From an uncultured Atribacterota bacterium (lineage in GTDB: Bacteria > Atribacterota > Phoenicimicrobiia > Phoenicimicrobiales > Phoenicimicrobiaceae), in assembly GCA_964632105.1 (NCBI GenBank), contig CAZWFH010000001.1:1-50043 (forward strand): a stretch of 50,043 bases of DNA, in the 5' to 3' direction. A program made the position numbers and the translations under genes. Below are positions 45,584 through 50,043 of the stretch, piece by piece; the first letter of the stretch is position 1; every line of letters begins with the position of its first letter. Below the pieces are notes generated by a model. It saw only the letters and a program-made list of their open reading frames with translations. It did not search any database and had not been told where the DNA came from.

Positions 45584-46832
45584 AAGATAAAGGTACAACT
45601 GTATTCCCCGAGGGAAGAATATAGGCCTGAAAATCTTCGCCATATTTTTCTTTAATATATTCTATGGCTTGTGAAATATCCTCCATAGGAATAAAAAATA
45701 ATTTACGAACTTTATCCGAAGGAAGGGAAGAAATTAAAATCACTTCCACTTCTTTTGTTAATTTTGCTATAGCATAGGCTTTGTGCCCACCTAAAACAAA
45801 TTTTTTCTGCAAGCGCTTGATTATATCATCAGGAATATTTGCTTCTTCTATCCACTTTTCAAAAGTAGGTTCTCCATAACCCTCAGAACACTCAGCAAGT
45901 AGTATAATTGTTCCTCCGGGTATTATCGCCTGATAGGCATTATTCAAAGCTTTCTGAGCTTGATAGACATTAATATCTTTAGGGTAACCTCCAGCACTGG
46001 CAATTACCACCTCTGCTTCCTGTTTGATGGGGCAAAGATATATCTTCTTACAAACTTCTACACCTTTTTGCCATGATTTATACAATTCGCCCGCAACAAT
46101 TTCAATAATTTCATGGTTTTCATTAGTTACTACATTGATGTTAAAATCTACTCCTACCTTTTCTGCCGCTTCCTGCATCTCTTGGTGAACAGGATTGCCT
46201 TTAAGATTTCCTGAGCAGGCATTAGGATGAACCATATTAGAATGATTAGCTTCAATAGTCTTTCTCCCGCAAATACCGGGAAGGATGGATTTTCTTCCTC
46301 CGGAAAAACCGGAAAAATAATGAGGAACTATTACCCCGGTAGTAATTATAAAATCTGAATTAGATATTATTGGGTTAATCCAAAGTTCGTTACCACTTTT
46401 TAATTTTCCCAAATATTTCAAATTTGGATTATCGCAATCATGGTTAATAAACTTATAATTTAAAAATATATCTTTCCCGAATATTTCCTTTACTTCTTCT
46501 GGGGAGTTACTGCGGTGTATGCCAGTTGCAATTATAAAAATTATATTTTCTTTTTTAATCCCAATCTGCCTTAATTCATCTATGAGTAGAGGTAAAATTA
46601 CTTCATAAGGCGTAGGTCTGGTTATATCGTTTACAATAATTAAAACCTTTTTGGCTTTTTTCTGAATAATTAAATCTCTCAAAGAAGAACTATTAATCGG
46701 GTTTTTAAAAAGTTCTTTTAAACTATTTTCCGGATTTAACAGAGCTTTTTGTTTTTTTAAATTTAGTATTTTTATTATATTTTTATCTTCAATTAGTAAT
46801 CGAACTTTCCCTTTACCATATTTTAATTTCAT
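45570..46832 (-). CDS. LarA-like (DUF2088) nickel-pincer-dependent racemase/epimerase family protein
   Basis: 420 aa. IVNDITRPTP and the overall pattern resemble the lactate racemase N-terminal domain. Substrate unknown. Confidence 0.65.
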   Translation of the reverse strand: MKLKYGKGKVRLLIEDKNIIKILNLKKQKALLNPENSLKELFKNPINSSSLRDLIIQKKAKKVLIIVNDITRPTPYEVILPLLIDELRQIGIKKENIIFIIATGIHRSNSPEEVKEIFGKDIFLNYKFINHDCDNPNLKYLGKLKSGNELWINPIISNSDFIITTGVIVPHYFSGFSGGRKSILPGICGRKTIEANHSNMVHPNACSGNLKGNPVHQEMQEAAEKVGVDFNINVVTNENHEIIEIVAGELYKSWQKGVEVCKKIYLCPIKQEAEVVIASAGGYPKDINVYQAQKALNNAYQAIIPGGTIILLAECSEGYGEPTFEKWIEEANIPDDIIKRLQKKFVLGGHKAYAIAKLTKEVEVILISSLPSDKVRKLFFIPMEDISQAIEYIKEKYGEDFQAYILPSGNTVVPLSSIPG

Positions 46833-46929
46833 TTTTTGTCCTTATTAAAATACTAATTAATTCTATATTAATATTTTCTATTATTGTATTTTTACAATAC
46901 TACAACTATAAAATTCTTTACTATTTATT

Positions 46930-48105
46930 TTAGATTCTTGCTACTCCGCTTTTTATTGCCGCCTGAGCTACCGCTTCTGATTCTACTTTTACTACTCGGG
47001 GGTCAAAGGCATTGGCAATAATAATACCTTTATCTAAATCCTCTTCACTTATTAGAGAAGCAAGAGCATAAGATGCAGCTAATTTCATCTCTTCGTTTAT
47101 CTGGCTGGCTCTTACTTTTAGCGCTCCTTTGAAAATAGCGGGGAAACCAAGGCAGTTATTGACCTGGTTGGGGAAGTCAGAACGGCCAGTAGCTATGATA
47201 CGAGCTCCGGCTTCTTTGGCTTCATCAGGCATAATCTCAGGAGTGGGGTTAGCCATAGCAAAGATAATGGGGTCAGAGGCCATCGATCTTACCATTTCTT
47301 TACTTAAGGCTCCAGCTACCGATAGTCCGAGGAACACATCGGCTTCAATTATGGCATCAGCCAGGGTGCCTTTTAGGAGTTCTCTATTAGTAACCTTAGC
47401 CATTCCTTCTTTGACCGGATTCATATTCTCTTTTCTGCCTTCATAAATAATCCCTTTAGAATCACAAAGAATGGCATTTTTCACTCCTGCAGACATAAGA
47501 AATTTTAATACCGCTATAGCTGCTGCACCAGCACCATTTACCGTTATCTTAATCTCTTTTATATCTTTACCTACTATTTTTAAGGCATTAATCAGACCGG
47601 ATAAAACAATTACCGCAGTACCATGCTGGTCATCATGGAATACAGGGATATCCAGTATCTTTTTAAGTCTTTCTTCTATTTCAAAACAACGAGGGGCACT
47701 GATATCCTCTAAGTTGATTCCTCCAAAGCTGGGAGCTATTAAAGTTACAGCCTCCACAATCTTATCCGGGTCTTTAGTAGCCAGACAGATAGGAAAGGCA
47801 TCTATCCCGGCAAAGTGCTTAAAGAGAACGGCTTTACCTTCCATTACCGGTAGAGCTGCCTCCGGACCTATATCTCCCAGACCTAAGACTGCGGTTCCGT
47901 CACTTACTACTGCTACCATGTTTCCTTTGGAAGTATACTTGTATACTTCTGAAGTTTTATCATGAATCTTTCTACAGGGTTCAGCTACCCCGGGGGTATA
48001 GACTACAGCTAAATCATGCAGATCTTTTACTTCCGTTTTACTTATTACTTCAATTTTACCTTTGTTCTCTTCGTGCAGCTTTAAGGACTCTTCATAAATA
48101 TTCAT
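46930..48105 (-). CDS. NAD(P)-dependent malic enzyme (short form)
   Basis: LAVVYTPGVA, VVSDGTAVLGLGDIG, FGGINLEDI, GAGAAAIA. Confidence 0.9.
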   Translation of the reverse strand: MNIYEESLKLHEENKGKIEVISKTEVKDLHDLAVVYTPGVAEPCRKIHDKTSEVYKYTSKGNMVAVVSDGTAVLGLGDIGPEAALPVMEGKAVLFKHFAGIDAFPICLATKDPDKIVEAVTLIAPSFGGINLEDISAPRCFEIEERLKKILDIPVFHDDQHGTAVIVLSGLINALKIVGKDIKEIKITVNGAGAAAIAVLKFLMSAGVKNAILCDSKGIIYEGRKENMNPVKEGMAKVTNRELLKGTLADAIIEADVFLGLSVAGALSKEMVRSMASDPIIFAMANPTPEIMPDEAKEAGARIIATGRSDFPNQVNNCLGFPAIFKGALKVRASQINEEMKLAASYALASLISEEDLDKGIIIANAFDPRVVKVESEAVAQAAIKSGVARI

Positions 48106-48139
48106 TTTACAATCTCCTTTTTTAGTTAAATTTATTTAA

Positions 48140-48694
48140 TTATTTTTTATATTTTGGTGGTTCTGTTTCATATAAATTATTTCCTGCTGAATCTATCACC
48201 ACTATTGCAGGAAAATCCTCTACATAAAATCTAAAAACTGCTTCTGCCCCTAAATCTTCATAAGCTATTACTTCAGATTTTTTAACCCTTCGAGCAATTA
48301 AAGCTGCTGCCCCTCCTACTGCTGCAAAATATACTGCTTTATTCTTTTTCATACTATCAATTACTTCTTTAGAGCGAAACCCTTTACCAATCATACCTTT
48401 AAGTCCTCTTTCTAATAAAGAAGGCGTATAGGGATCCATGCGATAAGAAGTGGTAGGTCCTACTGAACCACATGGATATCCGGGCTTAGCTGGAGTCGGT
48501 CCAGCATAGAAAATGATCTGTCCTTTAATTTGAATTGGAAGTTTTTGACCTTTCATAATTAATTCAAAAATTCTTTTATGAGCAGCATCTCTGACGGCAT
48601 AAATATTCCCGGTTATTTTTACTAAATCTCCAGCTTTTAATTGGATAACTTTTTCTTCATCTAAAGGAGTGGTTATTTTTATCGCTTTTTTCAT
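48140..48694 (-). CDS. Fe-S type hydro-lyase beta subunit (class I fumarate hydratase / tartrate dehydratase)
   Basis: Start at MKKAIKITTPL (48694). GNIYAVRDAAHKR, GPTTSYRMD and AVGGAAAL are typical of the beta subunit. Confidence 0.8.
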   Translation of the reverse strand: MKKAIKITTPLDEEKVIQLKAGDLVKITGNIYAVRDAAHKRIFELIMKGQKLPIQIKGQIIFYAGPTPAKPGYPCGSVGPTTSYRMDPYTPSLLERGLKGMIGKGFRSKEVIDSMKKNKAVYFAAVGGAAALIARRVKKSEVIAYEDLGAEAVFRFYVEDFPAIVVIDSAGNNLYETEPPKYKK

Positions 48695-48725
48695 AGATTT
48701 TATTCCTGGTTTAAAATATTTCTTT

Positions 48726-49571
48726 TTATAATATTCCTTCTGCATGCCGGGCTGCATGACAGCACACATTTACTGCTACCGGCATACCGGCTATATGGGT
48801 AGGTAAATAATCTATATGTACTGCCAAACAAGTAATATTCCCTCCTAAGCCTGCTGGGCCAATACCTAAATTATTTATTTTAGTTAAAATTTCATTTTCC
48901 AAGGTAGCATATTTTGAGTTTTTATTAGATTGACCAATTTTGCGAATAATTGCTTTTTTAGCTATTACCATTGCTTTATCGATAGTACCTCCGATGCCTA
49001 CACCGATTATAGTTGGAGGACAAGGGTTAGGACCGGCCTTTTTTACCGTTTCTACCACAAAATCTACAATTCCTTCCTCTCCATCAGCTGGTTTTAACAT
49101 GGCTATGGTACTCATATTCTCACTGCCAAATCCTTTGGGCGTTACTAATAATTTAATCTTATCTCCAGGGACTATATCAGTATAGATAATCGCTGGAGTG
49201 TTGGTTTTGGTATTCTTTCTTTCAAAGACCGGGTCATCCACTACTGATTTTCTAAGATATCCTTCCTGGTAGGCTTCTTTAACTCCCTGGTTTATGGCTT
49301 CGGTAAAGTCACCACCTACTAAATGAACTTCCTGACCCACTTCCACAAATACTACCGCTAGTCCGGTATCCTGACAGATGGGCACCTCTTCTCTTGAGGC
49401 AATCTTATTATTTTCTATAATCATCTTTAAGACATATTTCCCTATAGGAGAAGTCTCCTCTTCTAAGGCCTTTTTCAGCCGTTGCATAAGATCTGGGTTT
49501 ATATAAAAATTAGCCTTGAGGAATAGCTCTTTCACTTTATTTTTAATCTGATTAGCTTTAATTTCTGTCAT
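48726..49571 (-). CDS. Fe-S type hydro-lyase alpha subunit (class I fumarate hydratase / tartrate dehydratase)
   Basis: ATG 49571 follows AAGGGG. ICQDTGLAVVFVE, GFGSENMS and CPPTIIGVGIGG are typical of the alpha subunit. Confidence 0.8.
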   Translation of the reverse strand: MTEIKANQIKNKVKELFLKANFYINPDLMQRLKKALEEETSPIGKYVLKMIIENNKIASREEVPICQDTGLAVVFVEVGQEVHLVGGDFTEAINQGVKEAYQEGYLRKSVVDDPVFERKNTKTNTPAIIYTDIVPGDKIKLLVTPKGFGSENMSTIAMLKPADGEEGIVDFVVETVKKAGPNPCPPTIIGVGIGGTIDKAMVIAKKAIIRKIGQSNKNSKYATLENEILTKINNLGIGPAGLGGNITCLAVHIDYLPTHIAGMPVAVNVCCHAARHAEGIL

Positions 49572-49734
49572 CCTATACCCCTTATACACTTAAGACACTT
49601 TTTAAATAATTAATAATTAATTAGGTTTATTTATTATAATATACTATATTTATTTGAAAAATTCTTATTTTTTGGAAATTTTTTTGGAAATTTTCTGTAA
49701 GCCTTGTTTTAGCTGCTCTTTTTGATAAGAGAAA

Positions 49735-49950
49735 AAAATGGGGAAACACGGTGGTTTCCTTCTTCCGCGGGAACGACAAAGGAAAGATACAAAAATAATA
49801 ATGAAAAGACGAAATAGTGTATCGCATACAATTTTATAATAATTTTTGGTTTATTGGTTGTAACTGGTTGTAGGGGCACAATGAATTGTGTCCTCGCCAT
49901 ATTACTGCCTGATTTTTTTCTGCGGGCACGATGCATCGTGCCCCTACATC
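49735..49950. repeat. Hairpin repeat cluster (TGTAG family and related)
   Basis: GGAAACACGGTGGTTTCC; TGTAGGGGCACAATGAATTGTGTCC (degenerate); GGGCACGATGCATCGTGCCCCTACA (49924-49948), which has the same core as 7430-7457. Confidence 0.75.
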
Positions 49951-49995
49951 ACTGTTTTATTTACTTTTTAGGTTATAATCATACTAATTTAATTA

Positions 49996-50043
49996 TTATT
50001 CTTTTTTTAATATCTTTTTTGCTTTCTGGATAGATTCTCTTAC
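49996..50043 (-). CDS. 3' end of an unidentified gene running off the window
   Basis: The minus frame reads ...VRESIQKAKKILKKE*. It is too short to identify. Confidence 0.2.
   Translation of the reverse strand, partial: VRESIQKAKKILKKE

Noticed and set aside
49627-49936. Track ORFs 49627-49827 (-) and 49709-49936 (-)
   Set aside because: They overlap each other and the hairpin repeat cluster, translate palindromes (for example MHRARRKK), and have no RBS.
1-50043. tRNA, rRNA, tmRNA and RNase P genes
   Set aside because: I saw no cloverleaf-compatible GTTCGAATC-type T-arms with matching acceptor stems and no rRNA-like conserved blocks while reading the non-coding regions. A tRNAscan/Infernal run would be needed to be certain.

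Overview
AT-rich (roughly one-third GC by eye) bacterial chromosome segment with strong AGGAGG-type ribosome binding sites; probably an uncultivated anaerobe, but the taxon cannot be set from sequence alone. All family calls rest on motifs read by eye, with no database search. Layout: (1) 1-5600 holds mobile-element debris (transposon-end-like repeats, a truncated transposase, a decayed IS200/RAYT-like Y1 transposase), a membrane-fused spermidine synthase-like gene, small membrane proteins and a broken corA. (2) 5600-10250 is a compact phage/plasmid-derived island: hicAB, two iteron sets with a Rep-like initiator cut by an in-frame stop, a sigma factor encoded as separate region-2 and region-4 genes, and a DUF2922-like, holin-like, M15 peptidase and YvrJ-like gene string. 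This is my best candidate for an undescribed system. (3) 10400-26200 is a minus-strand glycoside-phosphorylase locus: two GH130, a GT-A-like protein, a YcjM-like GH13_18 phosphorylase, a GT4, an ABC importer, two LacI regulators, a CdaR regulator and a dead permease. (4) 26200-38100 holds housekeeping genes (TPR protein, LiaF-like protein, MscS, clpB, hisC, B3/4 protein, bifunctional nuclease, CaCA exchanger). (5) 38180-45580 is a lysine riboswitch followed by lysA-lysC-dapA-dapB-dapF-dapL. (6) 45570-49570 holds a LarA-like protein, malic enzyme and a two-subunit class I fumarase. The most unusual global signal is a mosaic intergenic repeat system: chains of 7-8-nt tandem 'words' plus TGTAG...CTACA palindromic hairpins at 14 or more loci, including a ~1 kb array and sites inside the lysine operon. 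No tRNA, rRNA or CRISPR array was seen.
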